A stretch of 64,000 nucleotides of DNA from Chrysomallon squamiferum (lineage: Eukaryota; Animalia; Mollusca), in the NCBI GenBank assembly GCA_012295275.1, contig CM022675.1, forward strand, positions 3,410,001-3,474,000, read 5' to 3'. Positions 29,754-45,657 of this stretch are shown piece after piece. The notes under the pieces are model-generated. The model was not told the origin of the DNA and did not search any database. It saw only the letters and a list, made by a program, of their open reading frames with translations. Within the stretch, counting starts at the first letter, position 1. Each line of letters opens with the position of its first letter. A program made the position numbers and the translations under genes.

Positions 29754-30918
29754 TAATAATAATAATAATACTTTTTTTTTCTTTGTTTATTTGTTTATTT
29801 GTTTATTTGTATTGTTATAAATTTAAATATCTGAATATAAAAAATAAAACTGATAAAGGCATGCTGTATGGTGTTTAATTTGAAATATTTTCTCAATGAG
29901 TATTTTTCAAAACTATTTCACTGATCTGATGCACAAAAGTGATTTTTTTTGTTCCTAGTTAACACAATAAAATATTCATAAAAATAAAATTGTTTAATAA
30001 AAATACTCAAAAAAGAAGTAAATAAACAGCAGTAAAACACAATTCATTCTTCACAGAATAACACTTTAAAAATGTCTCATAAAATATTATTAAAAATACA
30101 AATTTGTCTGACATCGAGGTAAACACTTTTATTTTTACTTTTTTATTATTATTATTTTTTTTTTATAATCAAGTGTAAAGAGTATTTCGTGCTTGTGAAA
30201 ATTTGTATAATTTCGACTGTTTCTGTATACTTCCTCTATCTTTTACAAAATTTGACATTATAAAATATATGCATTGTTAGTAGTTCTAGTGTTTATAATG
30301 CATTAATAACTTAACATTAGTGAAGTAAAAAAAAAGTTCTTTGGGTCACGCCAAAGCTTTTGAGTTCATCGCATTATTATAGTTCATAAACACTGAAATA
30401 GCTTGACAAATACAAACTGTGTGGTATGTGATGCTCTGTTTAAATTCTTCTGTCACAAACCTTGAACATCACAAAGTCAACATGAACAAAACTTTTAACA
30501 TGTGTTAGCCTTTTTACATTCGAACACACCACACAACAAATTTATTTCAGTAATATTTGTGATTGTTTATATTTGTACGTCATAAACTTGAAATTAACTT
30601 CATAATATCACAGTGTTTACACAAGTATATCTCAGTTTACTGATCACACAATCATGAATGGTAATATCTATGACACTTTATATATATTTTACTGTTTTTA
30701 ATACAAATTTAATTGTTTGTTATGAGACTAAAATCAAGTTTAACAAATATTTTTAAAATTCAAAAATCAGTTTGAGCTGAAAGAAATATTATTATACAAA
30801 CATTTTTTTCGGAAATAAATGAAAATAAATAGGTAACCTGTCTTTTTAAGTCAAGCATGTCTGTACCCACATACACACACGCACATAATCACAACTGAAT
30901 TTCAAAAGCAGATGTAAC
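27217..30918 (+). repeat. Direct duplication of the receptor 3' flank (matches 36309-39732)
   Basis: Colinear match over about 3.5 kb. The distal ~1.1 kb is nearly identical and ends at GAATTTCAAAAGCAGATGTAAC in both copies. Confidence 0.92.
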
Positions 30919-31916
30919 AATCGATGTTACTACAAATGTCAACAAAACAAAACTACTGGAAGTGTAATATATGTGGGACTGCAGGTAAGTAACATAGATT
31001 AATTAAATATTTACATACGCAAAGAGATAGATACATTTACACACACACACATACTTACATACGTAATAAACAGAAATGCATGCACACAGCTTCATATACA
31101 TGCACTGGTGTAGAGAAACAGCAAAACAAAAAGACAAACACTTTTAAACATTTCTTACTGCTATAATCACTAAAAGAACTGTTCTTACAGTTTAGCAGCA
31201 AGGGTTCTTTAATATCAACACAGTTATAGCATTGTCTGTGACTAATACCTTACTCTGTTTGGAATGGTAAAAAGAGTCAGTTGTTGTGAAAGTGGTAAGT
31301 ATTTTTATTTTAACAAGTTATTTTTAATATTTTAAAATGTTTGTGTTACAGGGAGAGAAATGTTATTGTTTTATCTCGAAGATATGGGTTCCAGTTCCAT
31401 TTAAAATTGTTCAAAGTGAAAATAAAAGTGTTTGTCTAGGAAACTTCAAAGAAAACTGTGGAACTGAAAATACAATAAGTATTTATAAAACAGGTAAAAG
31501 TTTACTTATATATCTCAGTTTATAATCTGACATAAGTTTGTTTTGTTATGTCGATGTAGTCATTTTCTGTCGTGTTGTTTTTTAATAGTAAAGTAACATG
31601 AAAAGGATTTGTCATACATTTCTTCAATTTTTTTTTTCTGACTTTCAGTCAATAAGCGAATTTATTTATCTATCCTTTTATCTGTCTTTCAGTCTATTTA
31701 TCAATTACTCTACCTAATATCTATTTATATTTCTTTCTTTCAATCAGTCTATTTATCTGTCTATATCAATCTATCTATATCAATCTTTATGTCTCTTTTT
31801 CTATGTCTATTTATCTTTTTATATGTTTGTCTCTTAGTCTGTGTGTCTGTCTATCGATCGTTTAATATATATGTCTCTCAACGTATATATCTATATCTCA
31901 ACTGATACACAGATAC

Positions 31917-31978
<62 letters not shown>

Positions 31979-32628
31979 GTGTATTGTGTATGGTCTGTTG
32001 CTATAGCTACCAAAGTTAATATTTTGCAGATTTTACTATTGATCTGGCTATACATGGTTTGTGTGGCTACGTTGAAACTGACCCATACTTTTTAATATTA
32101 AAAGCGGATGAAAACTGTGATACAAAGAAAGGATTCATTTGTAACTGTGAGTAAATAATTTGTATATAAGCAACCGAAGAGATACATTCATTTGTTAAAT
32201 TGTTAATTTCATACTTAACAATTACAACTCAGTAATTGTATCGAGAATAATAGCTAATGTATACAATGTTTATTTCTGAACTGGGTTATCACTTTTTTCA
32301 CTCTTTACATATGAAATACGCAAACTCACTAGCACGCAGAAACAAACAAACACATAGACAAATACACCCACAAAAACCACACTTGTTAAATATGTTTTCA
32401 CTACTGCTTTGTGTTCATATATTTGTTTGTTTTATTTTATTTTATTATAATTTGTTTGTTTGTTTTTATTTATTATTATTATTATTATTATTTTATTATT
32501 ATTATTATTTTGAGTTTGCTTTTAATAGCGATAGATGATGAACCACTTCTGGTGTGTGTGTGTGTGTATGTGTGTGTATGTGTGTGTATGTGTGTATGTG
32601 TGTGTGTGTATGTGTGTGTGTATGTGTA

Positions 32629-32661
<33 letters not shown>

Positions 32662-34012
32662 GTGTGTATGTGTGTGTTGATGTGTGTGTGTATGTGTGTG
32701 TGTGTGTGTGTGATTATTAATTCTTTTTATATTTCTTTTGCTTCTTTCTTTCTTTCTTTATTTTAAGGTCCAGGACAGTATTCTAATAAATCATGCTATC
32801 ATGGTTTCATGACTGACAGCTGGTTTTTATCTAATTCAAGCTGTGTTTTATCAAAACCAAACACTGGAAACTCTCAGGCAATTAGAAAACAATTGTGGGG
32901 TGATGGAGTTCAGTACTGGATTGGACTAAAACGTGACAAACAACTAGTTTCGATTCACAGTTACTTCAGTGAGTTACATGTCACATCGAAATGTCTTTAA
33001 AATTTGTGTTTTTGGATTTTTTCTTTCCTTCATTTTTTTTAGTGTTGACGTTTTTTTAGTTTATTTTTATTGTTGTTTGTTTTTTGATTGATTGCTGTTG
33101 CTTGCTTTCTTTATTATTTTAGTAGTTGTTGTTAACTGCTTTGAATTGATTTTTTTTATTAAACGCACACATACACACATATATTCATGTATGTTTGTTT
33201 TTCTTTACATATTCATTTTACATGATTAAATTAAACATTTATTTTTATTTCAGATAATCAGACAGTTAACATAAGCGAAACACAAAATGGTTGTTTACTG
33301 TTACAAAAATTCCAAAACGGCAGCTTCTCATTTTCACTTAGTACCTGTAGTACCCATCATTCTGCTGTTTGTGTTAATAGTAAGTACTATTTACTTATCT
33401 TTTATTTTATTTTGTATTATCACTTTTTCCCCAGTCAGCCGGTTATATATATATATATATAATTCTGAACACACAACATTCACTTTTATATGTATATATG
33501 TAGGTACGTACGTGTGTATTTGTGTTTCTGTGTTTGTACGTATGTCTGTGTATGTATAAATAAAAGTGACTGTGTTGTGTGTTTATAAAAATTAATAATA
33601 ATAGTGACAAAAGAGTCTTAAAAATACTGGAAATTTATAAAAATGCTTTTCTTGTGGATGTTCAAATGTGTTTCTTCTTTTTCTTTTCTTTTTCTTTGTC
33701 AATTTGTTGTTGTTTTTTTTTGTTTTGTATTTTGTCTACCTTTGTGGGAATTTTTTTATTTACACATTCACAGTATTCCCTCTTAACTAATTCATCGACA
33801 TAAATATAACTGTATATTTTGTACGTATATTACAGATTCCAATTTTCGAATATCTAACCTTCCAAGCAGTGAAATATATACCGCAAATCCAGGTATTAAT
33901 ACTAATATATTTATAAAAATAGATGGATGGATGGATGGATGGATGAATATAGATAATGTTTTGTTCTTTGCTGTTGGGAATCTTACTTGATATAAAAACT
34001 ACACTAAGCTTT

Positions 34013-34051
<39 letters not shown>

Positions 34052-36308
34052 TTTTCATTCTGTTCTGAAACAAAATGTTCTGATGATAAAATGGCCTTTT
34101 CGAATGATGACCTAAATATTTCGAACTAGAAAGATGTTACCTACTTTACCAGATAAAGATAAACTAAGAAAATGTACGTCATATTTCTTAAAACGTTGTT
34201 AAAACATTAGACTTTATCTCATTCAAATTTGTTAGTTCCAAGTTCATCTGAAACAACAACTTCAAGGGAAGACAAAACAGGTCACAAGTCGTCTGCATCA
34301 GAAAAGTCTGAAAGGGAGACAACTCCGTTCACTTACGTACCAGGTAAAATAATTACTTCCCTTGGTAAATATTTAATTAATAATTTCTTTAAATTAATAA
34401 CTGATAATTATGATTAAGCTTACTAGCTTGCCTATTACTGCAACAGTTTATGTATTACTAATGGTAGTTATATTTTTTTTATTAACAATAATGGTAGTAG
34501 TAGTAGTAGTAATTTCATCTTTTATTGTTGTAATAGTAATAATATTATTCTTGATTTCATTATGATTATTATTAATTATATTATTGCTATTGATGTTGTT
34601 ATTATTATCATTATTATTTTTGAATCACCATCATCATTATCATTATTGTTTTTTATCACATCATCATTGTTATCATTACTGTTATTATTACCATTTTGAC
34701 TATCATAACTACTACTACTACTATTACTATTACTATTTGTCATTGCTCTTATTGATAATATAGTTGCTTTTTTGGGGGGTTGTTTTTGTTATTATGTTTT
34801 TTTTTAGTGTTGTTATTATTGTTGTTTTTGTTGTTCATGTTAAAATTATTATTGTTGTTAGTGTTAATATTGTTTTATTTTTATTGCTGGTGTTGTTGTT
34901 AATGTTCTTTTTGCTGCAGGTGCTGGTGTTACAAAATCTCAGATTGTTAATAAAAATGAAAAAGGTCAAACAGGTATCAATGTATATTGTTATTAATATT
35001 TATTTAATTTTTTTAATTTATTTGCATAAAAATATATAAGAAAATACTTTTTATTTATCGTTATTTTATATATAAATACAGGGCATATAACAATAAAAAT
35101 GCTGTAAAATTTAACTCTGCAACACTAACTTAAACCAGAACTGATTTAAAATAAATATATTTTTAATAAGGAAATAGATAATAGATATTTATAGTTACTG
35201 AAATCAGGTTATCAAATTTATTTATTTATGTAGGTGTTGCTGTGGGTGTTTCTGTTACTCTAATTCTACTCGTGGTTGGAGCTGTTGTTGTGACAGTTTG
35301 GATGAAAAGGTAAACATAAAATATTTTCTATTTTGTACTTTTCAATTTTTTTTTTTTTCTTCAAATAAGCTCTGATCGTTTCTACATGAAATACATTTTG
35401 TTTGTTTATCTGTTTGCTTCTCATTTTTTTCTATCTTTCTTTATTTTTGTTTTTGTTTTTTCTTTTCGTTTATTTATTTGTTTATAAGTTTATTTTTTGT
35501 TTATTTACCAATTTAGTTTGTTAGTTATATTTATTTGCTTACTATTTTTTTTTTTTTTTATATATATTTTTTTTTATTTTGTTTTGTTTCTATTTATTTA
35601 TTATATTCTTGATACTTGATTATTAATTAATTAATTTTTTTTTTCTAACTTTTTTTTTATAGGTCACATAAATTTTGCTTCAATACTAAACGAGAATGCA
35701 GCAATACTCGAAGAATCAGATCTGTGAATCAGCAAAACTTGTCAGATTACGATGAGATCAAACCAGGAACTGATTCAAATTATGAGTTTGAAACTCTAAC
35801 AAACGTTACCATGGCAACTAAGCCAAAGTCCAGTGACTACGAACTGGCGACTGATGTGAATGCAGCAAATGTTCAAACAACCAACAACTACAACAACATC
35901 AGTGATGATGACTACATCGTCCTAGATGAAAGCAATCCAGTTAAATCAAGTTCTGATGTCTACAGTCAGGTAAACAAGATGAAGAAGAACAAAACATCTG
36001 GGCCACACATCGTTGACAATCAGAATAGCAACTACAACCACACCGACAGCAACGTTGAAGGCGATTATGATACAACTGAATCAAAACCAAAGTCCATGTC
36101 TGCTCATGACAAAACATACAACCACATCAGAGACGTCATGGAAGGTGATTACGATACAACGGCACCAAAGACGACATCTTCTCATGATGAGACGTACAAC
36201 CACATCGCTGCTGTGACTGAAGACGACTACAACATCGCTGACATGGATCTGCAAAAAGCTGACTACACCAGTGATGATTACAGCCACCTTGGTTCTGTGA
36301 GAAGTTGA
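30919..36308 (+). CDS. Receptor paralog C: lacks exons 1-2 and the 5' part of exon 3, open from exon 4 to stop
   Basis: Exon-3 remnant at about 30919-30984, then exons 31352-31493, 32030-32146, 32768-32968, 33254-33379, 33836-33892, 34236-34343, 34920-34973, 35234-35309 (TM) and 35663-36308. All have canonical splice sites, correct phase and no stops. Confidence 0.75.
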
Positions 36309-38549
36309 TTATGTTCCCACAACACGTACTAACTACTCTTTCTTATTATTAACAAGATATGTACCCTCTCATAGAGAGGAAAACCAATCACTTGGTACTG
36401 GCTGAAACAGGAAATATTTTACAATAATCATAAATATTAGTACACATGTCAACATCAGTGGTTGGAACTGGAATTAGTAAAATAAGTGACAGTTTTAGCT
36501 GTGAAGAGTAGTTGTATACATTTGTGAATAATTAGTAGTTTGCAATTAATTAGTAAGCAAAATATTGTTTAATGATACAAGCTCTAGCTGTTAGTGCCAC
36601 ATATTTATGTAATGATATAGATAGACAGACAGACAGACAGACAGATAGAAAACAGATGAGTGGGTCTACATATGTATACAGATGTACATAGAATAAGATA
36701 TAAATAAATCTGCATGCAGAAATGTGTGCAAATATGTATACATTCAAACATACATAAGTGTATGTATTTAGTTTGTCTGTATGTTTGTATGTATGTATGC
36801 ATGAGTATAAACTTCATCTATCTGTATATGTGTTTTTTTACAATCAATTTATAATTATAAGAGTTATCTGGTTTGCAGTAGAACATTTTATATTGAAACC
36901 TCTCCTATCAATCAGTTTTTATCATGAAATAAAATTAACACAGTAAATTTAAAAAAATAAAATAAAATAAAATACCATTTTTTCTTGTAAAGTTTCTTTT
37001 TATTGAAACCCCAGAATAAAGCTACTGTATTTTCTGGGGGTTTTTTTTACAGAAACAAATAGATTTAAAATAAAATAATCACCTACATTAATTGGCTAGT
37101 TATAATTGCATAAGAGTATTTGATTGGTTAGTTTACATAATTTATGTACAAAAACAAATCCTTTACAACTGCTTATCCTGGCATAGACTTGTCAATGACT
37201 ATGACACTAAATTTAACACAATAAGTAACTTACTATACACAACCAATTTCTCTTGTTTTTAACGTTACAACATTAAACATTATTTCATAATAATACAGTA
37301 AACTGGACTGACACAATTTTATACTGCAAAACATTCATCCATGACACAGCTAATATAAACCAAAAATTTCATTACAGAATTGCAGCAAGTTCATTCTTAA
37401 CAATAAATTATCTATTTCCTAAAGTGTTTATAGATAAGAACTTAACATAAATAAATTAACTTACTAGATAAAAATGGGAGAAGTCAAATACACTTACTTT
37501 TTTCTTTGTATTTTTTATTTTATTTTTTATTTTTTATTTTCTATATATTTTTAAATAATGTCTGCATTAAATTTGTTCTCTTTACTAACAAAGGAAGAGC
37601 TATGATTATAAACATCTCCCTAGAAAATGTTTATTATTTAAAAATGAAAATAAAACACGACTACACAAAAACACAAAAATTAATAAAGTCATATTATTAT
37701 CCTGCATATAGATAGACCTGGTGTATATAACTGGTATAAAATCATTCTTGTTTATAGCAAATGTTCCCTCACATTCTCATGTAAACATTAGTCAAGTTAA
37801 CAAAATGATTTGAAAATATAAAACGTAGACAATATATCTCTGCTTTGTACATAAAGTCTCTAATGAATGTATATTTTATATACATTTTATAATATAATTA
37901 CAATATTATTAAACAGAAAGTTAATTAACAAAATTAATGAGTGCTTAGAACCAAAGTGGTCTAAAAATTAGAAAATGATTATCTAATGATATATTTTTGA
38001 TAAGATGCAGAACTGTGCAGAGGTTCTAACTTTTGACAATCATTTTTAACTCGATCCAGTTTTGTGAGTATTATTTTACTTTTGTACACTTTGATAACTT
38101 CATCATCTAAAAATTTAATTTCTATGTTTAAGACAAAACTGATTCTATGCCCTTCTTTTTATATTGTTACATTACTAAAATGATTACGTATTTTTATAAA
38201 ACGAATAAAATATTTTTCAACAAATCCTGTGTTTTTGTTTTTTTTAATCATTTCTGAGTTTGCTTTTGTTGTATGCTTTTTTATAAAAAATTCTTCGAAT
38301 ATTAATCTTGTTAAAAATTTTTGCGATGATATATTTGATATTAAACATACGAAAATAACAAAAGTTTATCTCATACTAAACTTTCTGAAACTGCATAGCA
38401 TAATTTATTTTATTTTATGACTGAAGAAATATATGAACTGTTTGAAGACATTAAAAATATTTGGTTATGTTAAAGCACCTTTTTAACACCATTTTAAAAT
38501 TAGCAAAAATTAAGAAATATTAATACCAATAATAATAATAATAATAATA

Positions 38550-38622
<73 letters not shown>

Positions 38623-40314
38623 GTATTGTTATAAATTTAAATATTTGAATATAAAAAATAAAACTGATAAAGGCATGCTGTATGGTGTTTAATTTGAAAT
38701 ATTTTCTCAATGAGTATTTTTCAAAACTATTTCACTGATCTGATGCACAAAAGTGATTTTTTTTGTTCCTAGTTAACACAATAAAATATTCATAAAAATA
38801 AAATTGTTTAATAAAAATACTCAAAAAAGAAGTAAATAAACAGCAGTAAAACACAATTCATTCTTCACAGAATAACACTTTAAAAATGTCTCATAAAATA
38901 TTATTAAAAATACAAATTTGTCTGACATCGAGGTAAACACTTTTATTTTTACTTTTTTATTATTATTATTTTTTTTTTATAATCAAGTGTAAAGAGTATA
39001 TCGTGCTTGTGAAAATTTGTATAATTTCAACTGTTTCTGTATACTTCCTCTATCTTTTCCAAAATTTGACATTATAAAACAATCATTTGTATATTTGTTC
39101 TATTGTTTATAATGCAATAATAACTTAACAATAGTGAAGTAAAAAAAAAGTTCTTTGGGTCACGCCAAAGCTTTTGAGTTCATCGCATTATTATAGTTCA
39201 TAAACACTGAAATAGCTTGACAAATACAAACTGTGTGGTATGTGATGCTCTGTTTAAATTCTTCTGTCACAAACCTTGAACATCACAAAGTCAACATGAA
39301 TAAAACTTTTAACATGTGTTAGTCTTTTTACATTCGAACACACCACACAACAAATTTATTTCAGTAATATTTGTGATTGTTTCTATTTGTACGTCACAAA
39401 CTTCAAGTTAACTTCATGATATCACAGTGTTTACACAAGTATATCTCAGTTTACTGATCACACAATCATGAATGGTAATATCTATGACACTTTATATATA
39501 TTTTACTGTTTTTTATACAAATTTAATTGTTTGTTATGAGACTAAAATCAAGTTTAACAAATATTTTTAAAATTCAAAAATCAGTTTGAGCTGAAAGAAA
39601 TATTATTATACAAAATTTTTTTTCGGAAATAAATGAAAATAAATAGGTAACCTGTCTTTTTAAGTCAAGCATGTCTGTACCCACATACACACACGCACAT
39701 AATCACAACTGAATTTCAAAAGCAGATGTAACTTTCTATGGAAATTCTACTTGTAAATAAAACAATTCTAACATCTGATATTTTCATTCTGTCATACAAT
39801 TTAAATTTTGTTGTTTTTCTTCACTTTTGAAACACTTCAGTTTTCTTATCTTCACATATATTTATATACAGGTTTAGTAATTGCCAGTGTATTGTTTGTA
39901 AGATATATATAGTTTTTAATTATATAAATCTCAGAATTTATTTATTTTAATTTTTATTTATTTATTTACTTATCTATTTATTTCAAGGAAATTAAAATCA
40001 GGACTTGTAAATTTACAACGTTAAATGCCCAATCACACCCTTAAAATGCTATACTGATTGAGTCTCCATATTACGTTATCGTTTAAGTTACTATGAAGAC
40101 TGAGCCTCCGCTTGAAACTTATTTTGTGCTCCAGCATTTTTAATTAAAATTAACAAAAAGACTGAGCATTCGATAAAACAATGTGGATGTCCTGATAATG
40201 ATTTAATTCCTGTGGGGTTCTTAATTTTTGTTTTCTTATAAACTTAAATGCATATTAAGAATGAAGACACTTATTATTAGTTCTCTCTGCTGTGTAACAC
40301 GTTACATTATTTCA

Positions 40315-40562
40315 CAAAATAACAGTGACAGTTTTAAAACCACTAAAATATATTTCAAAGAAATAAAACTCTAAACTAAATAGTAACAGAGATCACACAC
40401 ATATTAAAAATACATTTTATATAGCTGTAATTTGGGTGTTTCTTAGTAAATTTATTTAAAATGTATTTTTAAATGTAAGTCTGATCTCTGTTACTGTTTA
40501 GTTTACAGTTGCATTTCATATAAATATATTTTAGTGGTTTAAAAAAAGTCACTGTTATTTTG
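40315..40562. mobile_element. MITE-like palindrome (~105-bp imperfect arms, short spacer)
   Basis: Paired segments: CAAAATAACAGTGAC/GTCACTGTTATTTTG, AAACCACTAAAATATATTT/AAATATATTTTAGTGGTTT, AGTAACAGAGATCA/TGATCTCTGTTACT, TAAAAATACATTTT/AAAATGTATTTTTA. Confidence 0.7.
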
Positions 40563-41043
40563 TTGTGTTTTAACTTGATTGTAGTTTGTGTTAATAGACA
40601 ACGAAATTATTCAACGTGATTGTTTCTTTTTTTCCCCTTTTTTCTTCATACACACGCACGCACGCACACACATTTTGCTATTGAATAAAAAGTCTAAATT
40701 ACTTTTTTACTTTATTGATTTTCATCTCTGCCTTGGATAATAAATAAATTACAACAGTAAAATAAAACTGCTATAAAATATTTGATTTCCGCCATTTTCC
40801 CATTTTCTGATTATAATACTGTAGCATAAACAGGATTGTGACCACGTTTCTATTTAAAACAAGTAAACGACTGCAGTGCACTGCTTTATGTTAAATTGAT
40901 TAATCTGTGTTTTAGCAAATTGCTGAATAAGCTATTTAAATAATGTAAAAATTAAAATATTTGTGCAGATTATGCAGTACATGTGTAAAAGTTTCATTTT
41001 AACTAGTACATCGAGTATCTCACTCAGTGAAACTTTATTTGTT

Positions 41044-42050
41044 TTAGTCTTCAGCGTTTGAGCCCATTACGCTATAAACATGTTCTGGTTCACGTGGCAC
41101 GTTCATGTACTCATTTTGAGAACTTTGAGCCGAGTTCAGTCATCTGCAACAAGAAAAAAACAAAACTGTCTGTCGTGTAGAAAACTAAATATGAAATTTT
41201 AATCAAAATTATATAAAAATAAATTAAAATAACATAAATTAAGCAAAATATTTCCTGGACATATGAAATAATCATAACGAAAGAAAACATTATTACAAAA
41301 ATATAAAAAGATATCTAAAACAATGTCATCAACCAAGAAAGGTAACTCTATTTGCCTTTTAATCTAAACAGCGATGACTGCGGACGTTACTAAAACCGTA
41401 AAGACTGTTACAGAAACACGAACAGTGACATCTGCAAAAAAATGTAAATTTATAAAATACAAGAACAAAAATAAAATGAAGTAGTATTACTAAATAAGAA
41501 ACATTCGCTAAAATCCACGTTTCCAAAGAGAAGAAGTAGCACATTTTCTGTTCACTGACTATAATGACAAACACTCATCAAAAACAAGTTTGTTAATTTG
41601 TTCTATAGTTAATGAAATAAAGGACATTTATTTTAACTTTGACGTAATAACGTTAAATTTAATAATGATACATTATTCATAAAGTTACCTGAATTTGTCG
41701 ATTCTGTTTTACTTAAAACCTTCTGTGTGCGTCTACTTGAACTTTGACCTATAAAAGGAAGCTATATCTAATTTATACCAACGAAAAATATTCTTATACT
41801 CTGAACACAAATGACAATTCAACAACAATAGGAAAACAACACTAAACAAATAAATAAATAAACAAATAATAAATAGCAAAATACGTAATTCAGTTTAAAA
41901 ACTAATTATGATTAATTAATTAATCAATAATGATATTATCATCCCTTTATCCCTACCACAAATTTTGTCACACAGATGTTCATGTTATTTACATTCTACC
42001 TGAATTAACTGTTGTTTCGGAGGTGATCAGAACTTGAGTTTATGAAGAAT
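41044..42050 (-). pseudogene. Decayed receptor paralog E (stalk, TM and short-tail exons only)
   Basis: Exon relics: 42050-42000 (Ser/Thr, stop, acceptor mutated); 41748-41689 (GQSSSRRTQKVLSKTESTNS); 41431-41356 (76 nt like the other TM exons, DVTVRVSVTVFTVLVTSAVIAV*IKR, GC donor); 41143-41044 (*LNSAQSSQNEYMNVPREPEHVYSVMGSNAED*). Phases are mutually compatible. Confidence 0.7.
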
Positions 42051-42929
42051 CCAGAAAACATGTAAAACAAAAGACTTGAAGATTAACAAGAGAAAAACTG
42101 GTTTAACTCTCTGTCAATTTATTTATAGTAATATTAATTAATGTTTTTGTTGTTTAACAAGGAAAACATAAATTTATTTACGATTATTTTGTCCAAAAAA
42201 ATTAAAAAGAATTTTGCTTTGATCAACCCTGCATATGCCTATCCTGTCTGGTGACGTAAATATAAAATGTGAAAGAGTTGCCTATGTTCTGGAGAACTAA
42301 CACATGGAGGTTAATATTTAAGAAAACTGAATTTTACCTCGTCTCGTTTTTATTTATTTTCTTCAGAAAAGGAATTTGGCATTTTGCATTGCACATTTGT
42401 TCATTTTAAATCCTATTTAATCATAATAATAGATGACAAGAGACAGACATAAACGCAGAAACACGGAAAATCTTTATTTCATGATTATATATATATTTAC
42501 CTTCTTCGATTTGATGTATTTTGTGTAACTACAAATGACATGTACGCTCTTTGTCTTTAAATTTAAACGTTTGAAAGAAGAAAGTCGTTTAACATTAAAC
42601 GCTTCTCGATTCGTTAGGGTAAATAAACAGGGCGGACTCTTTCTAAACAAGATTTTGTTTTGTGTGTAAATAATCAAATGTGCTATCATTTCAGAATTCA
42701 ACAAATTCTTTTTTTTTTTACCTTTGTGATTCGATGCTTCGAAGTTGCTTGTAGAAAATACATCTTAATATATTACTTCCTGTTTACGACCGGCAAAATC
42801 AAACTTCTAAGGTTTGTTTAATTTTTAATTTTTAGCTTTTGTCACCTTTGACAGGTCATCACAGATGACTGGATAATTGTTTTCATTATTATTATTATTA
42901 TTAGTAGTATTAGCATTATTATTATTATT

Positions 42930-43147
42930 TAATATTTATCGAATGTTAGATTCTTTTAAAATGTGCTCGTCGAATCCTCGCATTACTTCACTGTGCAAGA
43001 GCGAAACAAATAATAATAAAATAAAACAAAAATAAATAATAATTCAGTACTAATAAATTTGTATACATTTAGAATGATGTAAGTAGCTGACAATTAATTA
43101 TCATTATTATAACTATACATAATATTGTATAATTACAATCCTGAAAC

Positions 43148-43220
<73 letters not shown>

Positions 43221-43440
43221 TAATATTTAGCGAATGTTAGATTCTTTTAAAATGTGCTCGTCGAATCCTCGCATTACTTCACTGTGCAGCGTGTGCAAGA
43301 GCGAGAAAAATAATAATAAAATAGCATAAAATACAATAATAATAAATATCTATACTTTTGGAATGATGTTATTAGCTGACTGTTAATTATCATTATAATT
43401 ATATTGTATAATTACAATCCTGAAACTTTTATTATTATTA
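42930..43440. repeat. Local tandem duplication (~290-bp period)
   Basis: GAATGTTAGATTCTTTTAAAATGTGCTCGTCGAATCCTCGCATTACTTCACTGTGCA at about 42941 and 43232; TTGTATAATTACAATCCTGAAAC at about 43126 and 43404. Confidence 0.85.
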
Positions 43441-43730
43441 TTATTGACAAAACATTCAGTACATATTATTTGATTATGGTCTTTAATGTTTGTTGATAAC
43501 TTGAATTACTAATTATTTCTTTCTACAAATTGGTGTCAAAGTGTGTGTGAATAAAAAAAAAAAAAAAAATGACAGTTACAACTTAAGAAAAAATAAAAAA
43601 TAAATACAGTTTATGAAATTCCATTGCATATTATTCATTCTTATTGTTTGAATTTAAGATAACGTTTAATTTCTTAATTAATAATACACATTAGTAATGG
43701 AAAACTAAATCTCTGTATTTTCCTTTCAGG

Positions 43731-44794
<1,064 letters not shown>

Positions 44795-45657
44795 TGATAT
44801 TATTATTTTCATTGCTATTTGTTATTGTTGTAATATTTAAATGACATATCCCCTACTTTTTATAATAATATATATTTGTATCTACGTACTTACGTATATA
44901 TACATTATACAATCACTAAGTTTTTACTAGGGTGGGAGTGAAGGATCTCAAAATATTTGAGTTTTTACATGCATACATCCATACACACACATGTAATAAT
45001 ATATGTGTATATGTGTTTATATATGATAATTTGTGAACAAAACACACACACATGCACACACAGACATGAATATAAGCATGCAGACTTTCGTACACTGAAT
45101 AATAATTATTCTGTGAATGCTGTCTACCTTCCTGTTTGTTTTTCATTTTATCTTTCTTATTTCTTCAGTTGACCTCTTTTCTTTTTTTTTTGTTATTGTG
45201 GTTTGTTGACACAAGTAATAAACTGAATAATGTAAGCTAATTTAAAATTCAAAATTCATAATTTAAAGACAGCAATAAAGAACAGGTGATTTAAAAAAAA
45301 ATAAAAATAAAAATAAAACAAACAAAAACAAGCAGATAGAAAGATACTCTATATTAGTAAGTTTATTTGAAGTTGATGCGTAAGTTATTGTCTTCCTAGG
45401 ACAACAGACACACAATATTTGTCTGACTTTCGGATTTGTTAAAGATTAGTGTGTTTTAATGTACAAAGTCTCATGTAAGATCATAAACAATTACTAGCAA
45501 TAAAGATATTTATCACTGAAACATCTGTTTAACAGCTTTTTCCATATATCACTGGAGTTTTTTACTTATATCACTTTACAAAATGAATCTTCTTGATCAA
45601 CAGGTTTTGTTGAAAACAGATCAATGTTTTACTTACTTGTACAGCTAGCAGGGTGTC

